A stretch of DNA of 64,000 bases from assembly GCA_963664305.2 (NCBI GenBank), contig CAXXLV010000002.1, positions 1,568,001-1,632,000 of the forward strand. The letters are read 5' to 3'. Shown one piece after another: positions 21,732 to 32,271 of this stretch. The DNA comes from an uncultured Aliarcobacter sp. GTDB lineage: Bacteria > Campylobacterota > Campylobacteria > Campylobacterales > Arcobacteraceae. Position 1 is the stretch's first letter. Every line of letters starts with the position of its first letter. The translations under genes and the position numbers were made by a program. The notes beneath the pieces were generated by a model. The model did no database searches, was not told the origin of the DNA, and saw only the letters and a program-made list of their open reading frames with translations.

Positions 21732-22538
21732 ATGAATTTAAAGCAAAACCAACCCATAACAGAAAGAAGAAGATTTTTTCTTACAGTTGCAAGGGCTGCT
21801 GGATTAGCAATTCTTGGTGGGTTAACTTGGAGTGCCTATGTAGATGAAGTAAAAGCTACTTCATTAATATTAAGACCTCCTGCTGCTTTAGATGAAGAAG
21901 ATTTTTTAGCTACTTGTATCAAATGTGGTATGTGTGTAGAAGCGTGTCCTTTTGATACATTAAAATTGGCAAAACCAGGGGATAATAAACCATTAGGGAC
22001 ACCTTTTTTTGAACCAAGAAAGATTCCTTGTCATATGTGTATAGATATTCCTTGTGTTCCAGTTTGTCCAACTGATGCTTTAAATATTAGATTAGTTCAA
22101 GATTCACAAAAAAATCTTGATATAAATAAAGCCCAAATGGGAGTTGCTGTTATTGATGATAGTTCATGTATAGCATTTTGGGGTATTCAATGTGATGCTT
22201 GTTATAGAGCTTGTCCTCTTTTAGGAAAAGCAATTTCTATTGAATATTCAAAAAATGAAAGAACAGGAAAACATGCATTTTTAAAACCTATTGTAAATCC
22301 TGATATTTGTACAGGTTGTGGATTATGTGAAAAAGCATGTGTTACAGAAAAAGCAGCAATTTTTATTCTTCCTAGAAAAGTAGCTTTAGGAAAAGTTGGT
22401 GATTATTATGTTAGAGGTTGGGATAAACAAGACGAACAAAGAGTTCAAAATGCAACAAGTGAAATTAATAAAACACAAATAAACAAAAAAAGTGCAATTG
22501 ATTCTTTAAATAGTGGAATGGAGGATTTATTAAAATGA
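21732..22538 (+). CDS. napG: Ferredoxin-type protein NapG
   Basis: RRRFF, LRPP, CIKCGMCVEACP and further 4Fe-4S motifs. Confidence 0.95.
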   Translation: MNLKQNQPITERRRFFLTVARAAGLAILGGLTWSAYVDEVKATSLILRPPAALDEEDFLATCIKCGMCVEACPFDTLKLAKPGDNKPLGTPFFEPRKIPCHMCIDIPCVPVCPTDALNIRLVQDSQKNLDINKAQMGVAVIDDSSCIAFWGIQCDACYRACPLLGKAISIEYSKNERTGKHAFLKPIVNPDICTGCGLCEKACVTEKAAIFILPRKVALGKVGDYYVRGWDKQDEQRVQNATSEINKTQINKKSAIDSLNSGMEDLLK

Positions 22539-23356
22539 TAAAAAAATATAGATTTTTAATATCAAGAAGAATCACTCAAATTTCACTAATGGTTTTATAT
22601 ATCATTGCAAATATATATGGAATTGAAATATTAATGGGAAATTTAAGTTCATCACTTATTTTTAAAACTGTTCCCTTAAGTGACCCATATGCTGTTAGTC
22701 AAATGCTGTTTGCTGGTGCAATTTTATCTTTTGATGTTGTACTTGGAGCGTTGATTATCACACTATTTTATATGTTTATTGGTGGACGTTCATTTTGTTC
22801 TTGGGTTTGTCCTGTAAATATCATAACTGATTTTGCAAATTATTTGAGAAGAAAATTAGGATTTAACCAAATAGAAAAAAAACAACCTGCATCTAGAAAA
22901 ATTAGATATGTAGTAATTATTCTTAGTTTTATAATCTCTTTTTTTATGGGAGTAACAGCTTTTGAATTAATTTCACCAGTATCTATGGTTCAAAGGGGAA
23001 TTATCTTTGGTCTTGGATTTGGTTGGGCAACAATTCTTGTAATTTTTCTTTTTGATTTGTTTGTTTTAAAAAATGGTTGGTGTGGACATATTTGTCCCCT
23101 TGGTGGATTTTATTCACTAATTGGAAGATTTAGTTTAATTAGAGTTCATCATAATGCACAAAAATGTACAGCTTGTATGAAATGTAAAGAAGTTTGCCCT
23201 GAGAATCAAGTTCTTCATATGGTAACAAAAACTTCTATGCCTGTTTTAAATGGTGAATGTACAAATTGTGGAAGATGTATTGAAGTGTGTGAAGATGATG
23301 CACTTAATTTTTCAATAAAAAATTTAAAAAAGGAAAAAGAAAATGAAGTTAGATAA
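22535..23356 (+). CDS. napH: Quinol dehydrogenase membrane component NapH
   Basis: TMs, CSWVCP, CGHICP, two 4Fe-4S motifs. Confidence 0.95.
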   Translation: MIKKYRFLISRRITQISLMVLYIIANIYGIEILMGNLSSSLIFKTVPLSDPYAVSQMLFAGAILSFDVVLGALIITLFYMFIGGRSFCSWVCPVNIITDFANYLRRKLGFNQIEKKQPASRKIRYVVIILSFIISFFMGVTAFELISPVSMVQRGIIFGLGFGWATILVIFLFDLFVLKNGWCGHICPLGGFYSLIGRFSLIRVHHNAQKCTACMKCKEVCPENQVLHMVTKTSMPVLNGECTNCGRCIEVCEDDALNFSIKNLKKEKENEVR

Positions 23357-23948
23357 ATTAACTTTAGGAATAATAGCTTCAGCTGTACTTTTTGCTGCTA
23401 GTACATTTGCAGCAAATAGTACTGTAAAAGAAGAATCTTTAGGTCTTAGAAAAACTTCAGTATATTCTGAAGACAAAACGACAGGTGATAAAACTCAGTA
23501 TGGAACTGATGCAGCAGGAACAAGTAAAAAGTTTGATAGAGCTTTTGAAAATGCTCCACCTATGATTCCTCATGATGTTGAAGGAATGCTTCCTATTACA
23601 ATTGATAATAATCAATGTATTATGTGTCATGATCCAGCTGTTGCTGAATCAATGGGTGCTATTCCATTCCCAAAATCTCATCTTACAAACTTTAGACCAG
23701 AAACTAAGTTAGATAAAGATGGAAATATTGAGAAAGAAGGAAAAGTTATAACAAATACAAGTGATATAAAAGTTGTTGAGAAACCTCTTGAAAAACTTGC
23801 AGGAGCTAGATTTAATTGTTCTCAATGTCATGCGCCACAATCAAATGCAACAGAAGCTCCAAAAAACAACTTCAAACCTGATTTTAGAGGAGTAGGATTA
23901 AATAGTAAATCAAACTTAATTGATAATATCGATGAGGGTGTAAAATAA
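23343..23948 (+). CDS. napB: Diheme cytochrome c NapB
   Basis: APPMIPH, CIMCH, RFNCSQCHAPQ. Confidence 0.95.
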   Translation: MKLDKLTLGIIASAVLFAASTFAANSTVKEESLGLRKTSVYSEDKTTGDKTQYGTDAAGTSKKFDRAFENAPPMIPHDVEGMLPITIDNNQCIMCHDPAVAESMGAIPFPKSHLTNFRPETKLDKDGNIEKEGKVITNTSDIKVVEKPLEKLAGARFNCSQCHAPQSNATEAPKNNFKPDFRGVGLNSKSNLIDNIDEGVK

Positions 23949-23950
23949 AG

Positions 23951-24436
23951 ATGGAAAGAAGAGAACTTTTTAGTTCTCTTGCTTCATCTTTTTCAAAAAA
24001 AGAGAAACAAGAGAAAATCCTAAGACCTCCTTATTTTAATGAAAAAGATGAATCTCTTTTTTTTACAAACTGTATCAATTGTGAAGGTTTATGCAGTACA
24101 GTTTGTGGAGAAAATATAATTATTATTCAAGAAGATTTAACACCTAAACTTGATTTTTCAAATAGTGGTTGCACTTACTGTGACAAATGTGCAGAAGTTT
24201 GTCCAACAAATGTTTTACAAATTGAGAATAAAAGATATATTGATGCTAAAATAGAAATAGATGTTCTATCTTGTTTATCATGGAATCAAACAATGTGTTT
24301 TTCATGTAAAGACCCTTGCTTTTATGATGCAATAGATTTTTTAGCAATGTTTAGACCAAGTATAAATGATAAGTGTGTTTCATGTGGACTTTGTGTTAGA
24401 ACTTGTCCAACAAATGCTATAAAAATAATCAGTTAA
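23951..24436 (+). CDS. napF: Ferredoxin-type protein NapF
   Basis: LRPP, multiple CxxCxxC motifs, operon position. Confidence 0.9.
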   Translation: MERRELFSSLASSFSKKEKQEKILRPPYFNEKDESLFFTNCINCEGLCSTVCGENIIIIQEDLTPKLDFSNSGCTYCDKCAEVCPTNVLQIENKRYIDAKIEIDVLSCLSWNQTMCFSCKDPCFYDAIDFLAMFRPSINDKCVSCGLCVRTCPTNAIKIIS

Positions 24437-24447
24437 AAGGAAAAAGT

Positions 24448-25413
24448 ATGAAAATATTAAAAAGTTTTATTATTTTAATGATATTTTTTTTAAATATAAA
24501 TGCTAAAGAATTAACTCCCAACTTTTTTTTAACAGCAAGTGGTGGAGTAACTGATTTAATTTTAAAAGACAATAAACTTTATGCCTCAACAACAGCCTCT
24601 TTTATTGATATTTTTGATGTAAATTCTAAAGAAAAAATTGAATCTATTAAAATTCCAAAAATAAAAGATTTTTTAGGAGATATAATTGATTCAAAGATTT
24701 ATAGTATTGATGCACTTGAAAATAAACTTCTTATTCTTTCTCAAGGAGAAAAAGGTGGAAGAAATATTTTTTTATATGAAAACAATCAATTAACAAATCT
24801 AATAGAAGATAAAGAAAGACTATTTATTGGACGAGCTAAATTTTTAGATGAAAATCACATAATTTATGCCTTACTTTCAAATCAAATATTTTTATATGAT
24901 ATTAAAAATAAGAAAATTATAAATGAAATACAAATCTCTCAATCTAAATTTTCAAATTTTAGATTATCAGCTGATAAAAGTAAACTTATTGTTTGTGATG
25001 AAAGTGGTGTTCTAACCATGATTGATTCAAAAACTTTTAAAGTAATCAAAACTTTTAGAAATCAAAATTTAGATAATGTTTTCCAAGTTGATTATAAAAA
25101 TAATATTATTCTAACAGCAGGACAAGATAGAAGAAGTGCAGTTTATAGTGATGATGGAAGAATTTCTTATTATAAAGAATTTAGTTTTTTAATATATAGT
25201 GCAGGATTAAGTCCAAACGGTAATTTAGCAGCAGTTGCTAGTGATGAAGAGAATAATGTAACAGTTTTTAATACAACTAGTAAAGAAGAACTATTTTTAT
25301 TAACACAAAATAAAACAACTTTAACAAATATATTATTTAAAAATGAAAATGAGATTTTTATCTCAAGTGATGATAATAAAATTAACTATTATAAACTTAA
25401 CTCAAAGGATTAA
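24448..25413 (+). CDS. napL: NapL beta-propeller periplasmic protein
   Basis: Start moved to ATG 24448 (signal peptide, AAAGG RBS); WD40-like; between napF and napD. Confidence 0.85.
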   Translation: MKILKSFIILMIFFLNINAKELTPNFFLTASGGVTDLILKDNKLYASTTASFIDIFDVNSKEKIESIKIPKIKDFLGDIIDSKIYSIDALENKLLILSQGEKGGRNIFLYENNQLTNLIEDKERLFIGRAKFLDENHIIYALLSNQIFLYDIKNKKIINEIQISQSKFSNFRLSADKSKLIVCDESGVLTMIDSKTFKVIKTFRNQNLDNVFQVDYKNNIILTAGQDRRSAVYSDDGRISYYKEFSFLIYSAGLSPNGNLAAVASDEENNVTVFNTTSKEELFLLTQNKTTLTNILFKNENEIFISSDDNKINYYKLNSKD

Positions 25414-25414
25414 A

Positions 25415-25801
25415 ATGAATATTTCAAGTATCGTAGTACAAACTACTCCAAAATATCTAGATGAAGTTGTTGAAACTTTAAAAAAATCAGATGTTTGTGA
25501 CTATCATATGCATGATGAATTAGGAAGAATAATTATTACAATTGAAGGTGATGGAGTACAAGAAGAGTTAAAAAAACTAAAAGTAATTGAAGCTATTCCC
25601 CATGTAATTAGTGCAGATATGCAAATGGCATATAGTGAAGAAGAATTAAGTTCACATATGGATGTTTTAGAAAATTCTGATGTTGTTCCTAAAGTTTTAA
25701 ATGATAATGATATTAAACCTTATGAAATTGTTTATAATGGTGATTTAAAGAAAAAAGATTTAGAAGGTTTTGCAAAACAATTTGATAATACAGGAAAATA
25801 A
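25415..25801 (+). CDS. napD: Chaperone NapD
   Basis: MNISSIVV...GRIIITIEG; start moved to 25415. Confidence 0.9.
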   Translation: MNISSIVVQTTPKYLDEVVETLKKSDVCDYHMHDELGRIIITIEGDGVQEELKKLKVIEAIPHVISADMQMAYSEEELSSHMDVLENSDVVPKVLNDNDIKPYEIVYNGDLKKKDLEGFAKQFDNTGK

Positions 25802-25802
25802 C

Positions 25803-26246
25803 ATGGAATATTTATCAGGAAATTTTTTATGTGAAACGATTGTCCCAAATGGAGAACTAATCGTTTCAAGAACTGACTTAAAAGGTATAATTACTTATGC
25901 AAATGAAACTTTTGCAGAAATTTCTGGTTATAGTGTTGAAGAGTTAGTTGGAAAACCTCATAATATTGTAAGACATCCTGATATGCCCAAAGAGATATTT
26001 TCAGATTTATGGAAGAAATTGGAAACAAGAGGTCATTGGAGTGGCTATATAAAAAATCTTAGAAAAGATGAAGGCTTTTATTGGGTTTATGCAGAGATAT
26101 CAGGTGTGTTTAAAGATGGGAATTTGGTTGAATATAAATCATTAAGAACACCTATCTCTTTTGAAAATAAAGTAAAATATCAGTTATACTACGACCAATT
26201 AAAAAAAGAAAATAATGAACCAATAAGAAAAGTAATTTATCAATAA
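25803..26246 (+). CDS. Stand-alone Aer/CetB-type PAS protein
   Basis: IVSRTDLKGIITYAN...HNIVRHPDMP...W...KN...FYWV; start moved to 25803. Confidence 0.88.
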   Translation: MEYLSGNFLCETIVPNGELIVSRTDLKGIITYANETFAEISGYSVEELVGKPHNIVRHPDMPKEIFSDLWKKLETRGHWSGYIKNLRKDEGFYWVYAEISGVFKDGNLVEYKSLRTPISFENKVKYQLYYDQLKKENNEPIRKVIYQ

Positions 26247-26248
26247 AA

Positions 26249-26638
26249 ATGTTTTTAAAAAAATTTATCTTAGTTTTACATTTATTTATTTCATCTGTTT
26301 TTGCATTTGACTCCGATATTCAAGCTTCATATGCAATTGGAGTTTTCCATGAAAATGGAATGGGTGAAAATGTTCAACATAAAAAAATCACTGACCAAGA
26401 CTATAATGGAACTTGTTTCTCAAAAATTGTAATATTTGGAAATTATAGCAATCACTCAAAAATTGAAGTTAAGATTGGAAACTCATTAGGATATTACAAA
26501 AGTAAAATACCTATATTTAATGATTTTAAAATAAAAATTGGAGATGAACTAACTTTTGAACATTATAATGTTTCAAAGGGTTATTTTCAAGTTAAAATCA
26601 ACAATAAACTTTATGATACAAAAGTTTTTGTAAAATAA
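26249..26638 (+). CDS. Hypothetical exported protein
   Basis: Signal peptide; no recognised domain. Confidence 0.7.
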   Translation: MFLKKFILVLHLFISSVFAFDSDIQASYAIGVFHENGMGENVQHKKITDQDYNGTCFSKIVIFGNYSNHSKIEVKIGNSLGYYKSKIPIFNDFKIKIGDELTFEHYNVSKGYFQVKINNKLYDTKVFVK

Positions 26639-26830
26639 TTTTTCTAATTTTTCATTATTTATTATTTTTTTTACATATAAGCAAGCCTTATCTTTTTAGT
26701 AAAAGCAATCCTCCTAAAACACCTATTTTATGGTAAAATTTATTTTACTAAAAAATCGGATACTTTTTATCTGATTCCTAAATATCGTAATAACTTCAAA
26801 TAATACAAGATGAACAGTTATTCATTTTTC

Positions 26831-26872
26831 TTGACTTAGGTCAATTAAATTAAACTTTTAACTACCTATACT
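26831..26872 (+). promoter_or_regulatory. Crp/Fnr (Nss) box plus -10 of nrf operon
   Basis: TTGACTTAGGTCAA 26831-26844; TATACT 26867-26872. Confidence 0.78.
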
Positions 26873-26898
26873 TTCACTATGTCTTACAAGGATATACA

Positions 26899-27438
26899 AT
26901 GGAAAAAAATAAGAAAATAATCGTTTATGGAACATTTCTTAGTATTCTAATTGCTGCTGGATTATTTATTTACACTGTGTATGCATCTCAAATGTTGTCT
27001 TATCTTTCTAGTGACCCTAAAGCTTGTATTAACTGCCATGTTATGGATTCAGCTTATTCAACTTGGGAAAAAAGTTCACATAAAAATGTGGCAACATGTA
27101 TAGAATGTCATCTTCCTGTTGGAGATGAAATCGCAAAATATGAAGCAAAAGCAAGAGATGGATGGAACCATTCTGTTGCCTTTACTTTAAACACTTATAA
27201 AAATAATATTCGTATAAGTGAAGATGGTGCTAATCGTGTTCAAGCAAATTGTATTAGATGTCACTCAAGTATAAATGAGACATTAAAAGCAAATGCAGAT
27301 AAATATCACAACGCACACAATGGAAATATTGATAATGAGCGTAAATGTTGGGAGTGTCACAAATATGTGCCACATGGAAAAGTTAGAAGTTTAACTTCAA
27401 CCCCATATAATTTGGGAATAAAAGAAAACTTAAAATAG
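26899..27438 (+). CDS. nrfH: Tetraheme cytochrome c NrfH
   Basis: N-terminal TM; CINCH, CIECH, CIRCH, CWECH. Confidence 0.95.
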   Translation: MEKNKKIIVYGTFLSILIAAGLFIYTVYASQMLSYLSSDPKACINCHVMDSAYSTWEKSSHKNVATCIECHLPVGDEIAKYEAKARDGWNHSVAFTLNTYKNNIRISEDGANRVQANCIRCHSSINETLKANADKYHNAHNGNIDNERKCWECHKYVPHGKVRSLTSTPYNLGIKENLK

Positions 27439-27447
27439 AGGTTCATC

Positions 27448-28938
27448 ATGGGAAAATATAAATTATTGTTTGCAATTTCAATCATTGCAATAGGATTAAT
27501 GACTGCGTTATTAGCTTCAATAAATGAAAAAAAAGAAGAAAAAGAACAACTACAACAAGTTCCTCATATTGAAAGATGGGAAACTAAAAATGAAGAGTTT
27601 AGAAAATTTTATCCAAGGGAGTATGATTCTTGGAAACAAACAAAAAACTCTGATAATATAGAAGATATGTTAAAAAAATATCCTGAATTAGTAGTACTTT
27701 GGGCTGGATATGGTTTTGCAAAAGATTATAATGCACCAAGAGGTCACTTCTATGCAGTTGAAGATAATAGAAATACTTTAAGAACTGGTGGACCAACTGA
27801 TGATAAAACAGGTCCTATGCCAACTGCATGTTGGACTTGTAAATCTCCTGATGTACCAAGAATAATGAAAAAAGATGGAGATGATGAATACTATACAGGA
27901 AAATGGGCTAAATATGGTTCAGATATAATTAATCCTATTGGTTGTGTTGATTGTCATAATCCAGAAACGATGGAACTTCAAGTTAATAGAAACTATTTAA
28001 ATGAAGCTTTAAAAGCTGAAGGTAATAGTGTTACACTTGAAAATGCGACTCAACAAGATATGAGAACAATGGTTTGTGCTCAATGTCACGTTGAATACTA
28101 TTTCAAAAAAACACCTTTAACAAATGGTAAAACAGCTGCTGTTGTAACTCTTCCTTGGGCAGAAGGTACAAAAGTTGAAGATATGGAAAAATATTATGAC
28201 AACATAAATTTTAACGATTGGGTACATCCAATTTCTAAAACTCCTATGTTAAAAGCTCAACACCCAGGTTATGAAATGTGGAAAACAGGGGCTCATGGTA
28301 AAAACAATGTATCTTGTGTAGATTGTCACATGCCATATACGCAAGAAGGTGGGGTTAAATATACAGACCATAAAATTGGTAATCCATTAGAAAGTATGGA
28401 TAAAACTTGTATGAATTGTCATAGAGTTAGTGAAAAATCTCTACTTGATAATATAAATGAGAAAAAAGCTAGAAGAGATGAACTTCAAACTAAAGCTATT
28501 AAACAACTTGCAGCTGCGCATTTTGAAGCTGGAAAAGCTTGGGAAGTTGGAGCAACTGAAGAAGAAATGAAAGCAATTTTAACAGATATTAGACATGCTC
28601 AATGGAGATGGGATTATGCTGTTGCATCACATCCTGCATTCTTCCATGCACCAGAAGAGACATTAAGAATTTTAGGAACAGCTTTAGAAAAAGCTGGAAA
28701 TGCAAGAATTGCTCTTGCTAAAGTTTTAGCTAAACATGGAGCAGGAGATTATAAAGCACCTGAAATAACTGATAAAAAACAAGCTCAAGAGTTAACAGGA
28801 TTACCTTTTGAAAAAATTGTTGAAGAGAAAAAGAAATTCCAAAATGGTTTAATGCAAGATTGGAAAAAAGAGGCTCAAGAAAAAGGATTATACAATCCTG
28901 AATCTACAAAAGGTATTGAAACTAAAACTTCATACTAA
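27448..28938 (+). CDS. nrfA: Cytochrome c nitrite reductase
   Basis: CWTCK active-site heme plus four CxxCH; KAQH. Confidence 0.97.
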   Translation: MGKYKLLFAISIIAIGLMTALLASINEKKEEKEQLQQVPHIERWETKNEEFRKFYPREYDSWKQTKNSDNIEDMLKKYPELVVLWAGYGFAKDYNAPRGHFYAVEDNRNTLRTGGPTDDKTGPMPTACWTCKSPDVPRIMKKDGDDEYYTGKWAKYGSDIINPIGCVDCHNPETMELQVNRNYLNEALKAEGNSVTLENATQQDMRTMVCAQCHVEYYFKKTPLTNGKTAAVVTLPWAEGTKVEDMEKYYDNINFNDWVHPISKTPMLKAQHPGYEMWKTGAHGKNNVSCVDCHMPYTQEGGVKYTDHKIGNPLESMDKTCMNCHRVSEKSLLDNINEKKARRDELQTKAIKQLAAAHFEAGKAWEVGATEEEMKAILTDIRHAQWRWDYAVASHPAFFHAPEETLRILGTALEKAGNARIALAKVLAKHGAGDYKAPEITDKKQAQELTGLPFEKIVEEKKKFQNGLMQDWKKEAQEKGLYNPESTKGIETKTSY

Positions 28939-28940
28939 TA

Positions 28941-28969
28941 TTTTAAGAAGAGATTTTCTCTTCTTAAAA
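28941..28969 (+). terminator. Hairpin after nrfA
   Basis: TTTTAAGAAGAGA-ttt-TCTCTTCTTAAAA. Confidence 0.7.
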
Positions 28970-29060
28970 ATTCTAACATTTCTAAATAACACTCCTTTAA
29001 TTTATATTTTTTATTTCGATTTGATATAGTGTTATTTATAAATTTTATAAAAGAGTAAAT

Positions 29061-32000
29061 ATGAATAAATTATTAAAAAATATTTTCAGTATGGAAGTAA
29101 TGACTGTTTTTTTGATATTTTTAGCTTTATCATGTGCAGTTGCAACATTTATTGAAAATGATTTTGGACCACTTGGTTCTAAATCTTTTGTATATGGACA
29201 AACTTGGTTTGAAGCAATTATGTTAATCCTTACAATTGGAATATCTTTTAATATTTTATGGTTCAAAATGTACAAAAAAGAAAAATTCTTTATTTTTATG
29301 ATTCATATCTCTTTAATTTTTATTTTCGTAGGTTCAGCACTTACTAGATATTTAGGTTACGAAGCTATTATGACTATTCCTGAAGGTGCTATGGAAAATC
29401 GAATTTATTCAACTGATGAATACATTCAAATAAAAATAGATGATAAAATTTTTGATAAAAAAGTTTTAATGACACCATTAAATCAAACATATTTTGAATA
29501 TCAAACAACATTAAATAATAAACCACTAACTATAAAATTTGATAATTTTATTCAAAATGGTGTTGAAAAAGTTGTTCCTAGTTCAAATGGAAAAATTATT
29601 ATGGATATTTTAGTTTCTGAAATGATGGGAGCTAAAAATATAAATTTAGAAAACAATCAAGAGATAGAAACAAACTTTTTAGTATTTACACTAAATAAAA
29701 AAATAGATACAAATAAACCAACTGTAAATTTTGAAACAATAAATGGTGATTTTTTTATTAGTTCAAATATTCAACTTACTTTATATTCAAATGATTTACA
29801 AAAAGAGTTATCAATTGATGCAAATACAAAAACAAAAATAGAACAAAATAAAATCTATAAAATTGGACAAACTCAATTTAAAATTTCAACTGCTTTATTA
29901 AATGGAGAATTAAAAGTTGTGAGTGTTAATCCATCAGAAATTCCAAAAGAACAACAACTGAATGTTGTGATGGTAAATTTAAACTATGACAATAAAAATA
30001 TAAAAATTCCGCTTTATGGGAAAGGTGGTTCAAATAAAGGAATTATAAAAAAAGTAACACTTGAAAATAGTGAAATTGAACTACAATGGGGAAGTAAAGA
30101 GTTTTTATTACCTTTTTCAATTTTATTAAATGATTTTGTACTTGAAAGATATCCTGGGTCTAATGCTCCATCAGCTTATTCAAGTGATGTAAAAGTTTAT
30201 GATAAACAAAACAATAATTCATTTGAGTATAAAATTTTTATGAACAATGTTTTGGATTATAAAGGATATAGATTTTTCCAATCATCTTATAAAATGGACG
30301 AAAGTGCAACTATTTTATCTGTAAATAAAGACCCAGGGAAAATCCCAACATATATTGGATATTTTTTACTTTTTAGTGGACTTTTTTTAACTTTTTTTGT
30401 AAAAAATAGTAGATTCAAAAAACTTAGCTCTAAAAAATATACTATTGAAGATATTAAAAAAAGCTATTATCTAAAAAAATCATTAGCTACTCTTTTATTT
30501 ATTTCATTATTTCTATTTGCTCCTCAAAAAGCTATTTGTGAAGATAATGATTTTATCTTTAATATAAATAAACAACATAGTGAAAAATTAGGAAGTTTGA
30601 TAATTCAAGATTATCAAGGAAGATTAAAACCATTAAATTCCCTTGCTATTGAAATCATAAATAAGATTTCTAGAAAAAATGAGATAAAAGGTTTAGATGC
30701 AAATCAATTTTTTATTAGTATGATGTTATATCCTGAAATTTGGAAAACTCTACCAATTTATAATGTAAAAGATGAAAATATTAAAGAATTACTAAAAATA
30801 AAATCTTCAGAATCATTTTTTAAATTCAATGACATCTACTCAATTTATGGCGGAGGATATAAACTTGAAAATTCTTTGGAAATTTCAAACAATAAACCAA
30901 GTTCAACTAGAGACAATTTCGATAAAGAATTAATCAAAATTGATGAGAGATTAAATATCTCTTACTCATTATTTAATGGAGATTTTTTTAAAGTTTTTCC
31001 TTTAAAAGATGATTTAAATAACAAATGGTTAAATATAAATGAAGCCTCTTCTTTACAAAACGAACAATCAAAAATCATAAAAGAATTAATCAAAAACTAC
31101 TATTTTGCACTTTTAGAGGCAACAAAATCAAATGATTGGGAAAAAGCAGATATCTATTTAGAACAAATCAAAACTTATCAACATAGTTTTAATTTAGATA
31201 TTATGCCTAGTGAATTAAAAGTAAATATTGAACTTTTATTTAATAAATTTAATATCTTTGAAAGACTTACACCTTTTTACTTAATCTTAGGTTTTATACT
31301 AATTATTTTAGTATTTATAAATATCTTTAATCCAAATATCAAAATTGAAAAAGTTAAAAAAATCACTTTATATTTGTTGATTATTGGTTTCTTCTTTCAT
31401 ACATTTGGATTAGGTTTAAGATGGTATATTTCAGGTCACGCACCTTGGTCAAATGGATATGAATCTATGATTTATATTGCTTGGGCAATTGTACTTTCGG
31501 GAATATATTTTTCAAAACAATCACATCTAGCACTTGCTGTTACTTCAATTTTAAGTGGAATTACACTTTTTGTAGCACACTTAAGTTGGATGGAACCACA
31601 AATAACAACATTAACTCCTGTTCTAAAATCATATTGGCTTACTATTCATGTAAGTGTTATTACTGCTAGTTATGGTTTTTTAGCACTTAGTTGTTTACTT
31701 GGATTTATTTCTCTTTGCTTATTTATATTCCTTAATCCAAAAAAAGAAGATGAAAAGTTTTTTAGAATACTACTAAGTATAAAAGAATCAAATAGAATAA
31801 ATGAAATGTCTATTTTAATAGGTTTAGTTTTTCTTGTTATTGGAAATTTCTTAGGTGGAATTTGGGCAAATGAATCATGGGGAAGATATTGGGGTTGGGA
31901 TCCTAAAGAGACATGGACACTAATTTCAATAATTATTTATGCAATTATTATTCATTTAAAATATATAAAAGGCGTTTTAAATGACTATTTATTTAGTTTA

Positions 32001-32180
32001 CTTTCACTAATAAGTTATTTTAGTATTATTATGACCTATTTTGGAGTAAATTATTTTCTTAGTGGAAAACACTCTTACGCTGCAGGTGACCCTATACAAA
32101 TCCCAAGTTTTGTATATATTTCTTTAATTGTCATTATTTTAGTGATTCTTTTATCATATAAAAATAGGAAAATTATATAA
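29061..32180 (+). CDS. nrfI: Fused CcsBA-type cytochrome c synthase (NrfI-like)
   Basis: WANESWGRYWGWDPKE, GHAPW, GKHSYA; follows nrfHA. Confidence 0.88.
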   Translation: MNKLLKNIFSMEVMTVFLIFLALSCAVATFIENDFGPLGSKSFVYGQTWFEAIMLILTIGISFNILWFKMYKKEKFFIFMIHISLIFIFVGSALTRYLGYEAIMTIPEGAMENRIYSTDEYIQIKIDDKIFDKKVLMTPLNQTYFEYQTTLNNKPLTIKFDNFIQNGVEKVVPSSNGKIIMDILVSEMMGAKNINLENNQEIETNFLVFTLNKKIDTNKPTVNFETINGDFFISSNIQLTLYSNDLQKELSIDANTKTKIEQNKIYKIGQTQFKISTALLNGELKVVSVNPSEIPKEQQLNVVMVNLNYDNKNIKIPLYGKGGSNKGIIKKVTLENSEIELQWGSKEFLLPFSILLNDFVLERYPGSNAPSAYSSDVKVYDKQNNNSFEYKIFMNNVLDYKGYRFFQSSYKMDESATILSVNKDPGKIPTYIGYFLLFSGLFLTFFVKNSRFKKLSSKKYTIEDIKKSYYLKKSLATLLFISLFLFAPQKAICEDNDFIFNINKQHSEKLGSLIIQDYQGRLKPLNSLAIEIINKISRKNEIKGLDANQFFISMMLYPEIWKTLPIYNVKDENIKELLKIKSSESFFKFNDIYSIYGGGYKLENSLEISNNKPSSTRDNFDKELIKIDERLNISYSLFNGDFFKVFPLKDDLNNKWLNINEASSLQNEQSKIIKELIKNYYFALLEATKSNDWEKADIYLEQIKTYQHSFNLDIMPSELKVNIELLFNKFNIFERLTPFYLILGFILIILVFINIFNPNIKIEKVKKITLYLLIIGFFFHTFGLGLRWYISGHAPWSNGYESMIYIAWAIVLSGIYFSKQSHLALAVTSILSGITLFVAHLSWMEPQITTLTPVLKSYWLTIHVSVITASYGFLALSCLLGFISLCLFIFLNPKKEDEKFFRILLSIKESNRINEMSILIGLVFLVIGNFLGGIWANESWGRYWGWDPKETWTLISIIIYAIIIHLKYIKGVLNDYLFSLLSLISYFSIIMTYFGVNYFLSGKHSYAAGDPIQIPSFVYISLIVIILVILLSYKNRKII

Positions 32181-32271
32181 ATTTATAAATTTAATAAAAA
32201 ATATTAAGATTTTTTTTATAAACGTAGCATTAAAATAGCATTCTTTAAGTTTAGAGGGAGTATAATTTCAT

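Noticed and set aside
26693..26754. 12-bp inverted repeat TTTTTAGTAAAA/TTTTACTAAAAA upstream of nrfH
   Set aside because: Nearly all A/T and 38 nt apart; plausible by chance at this composition
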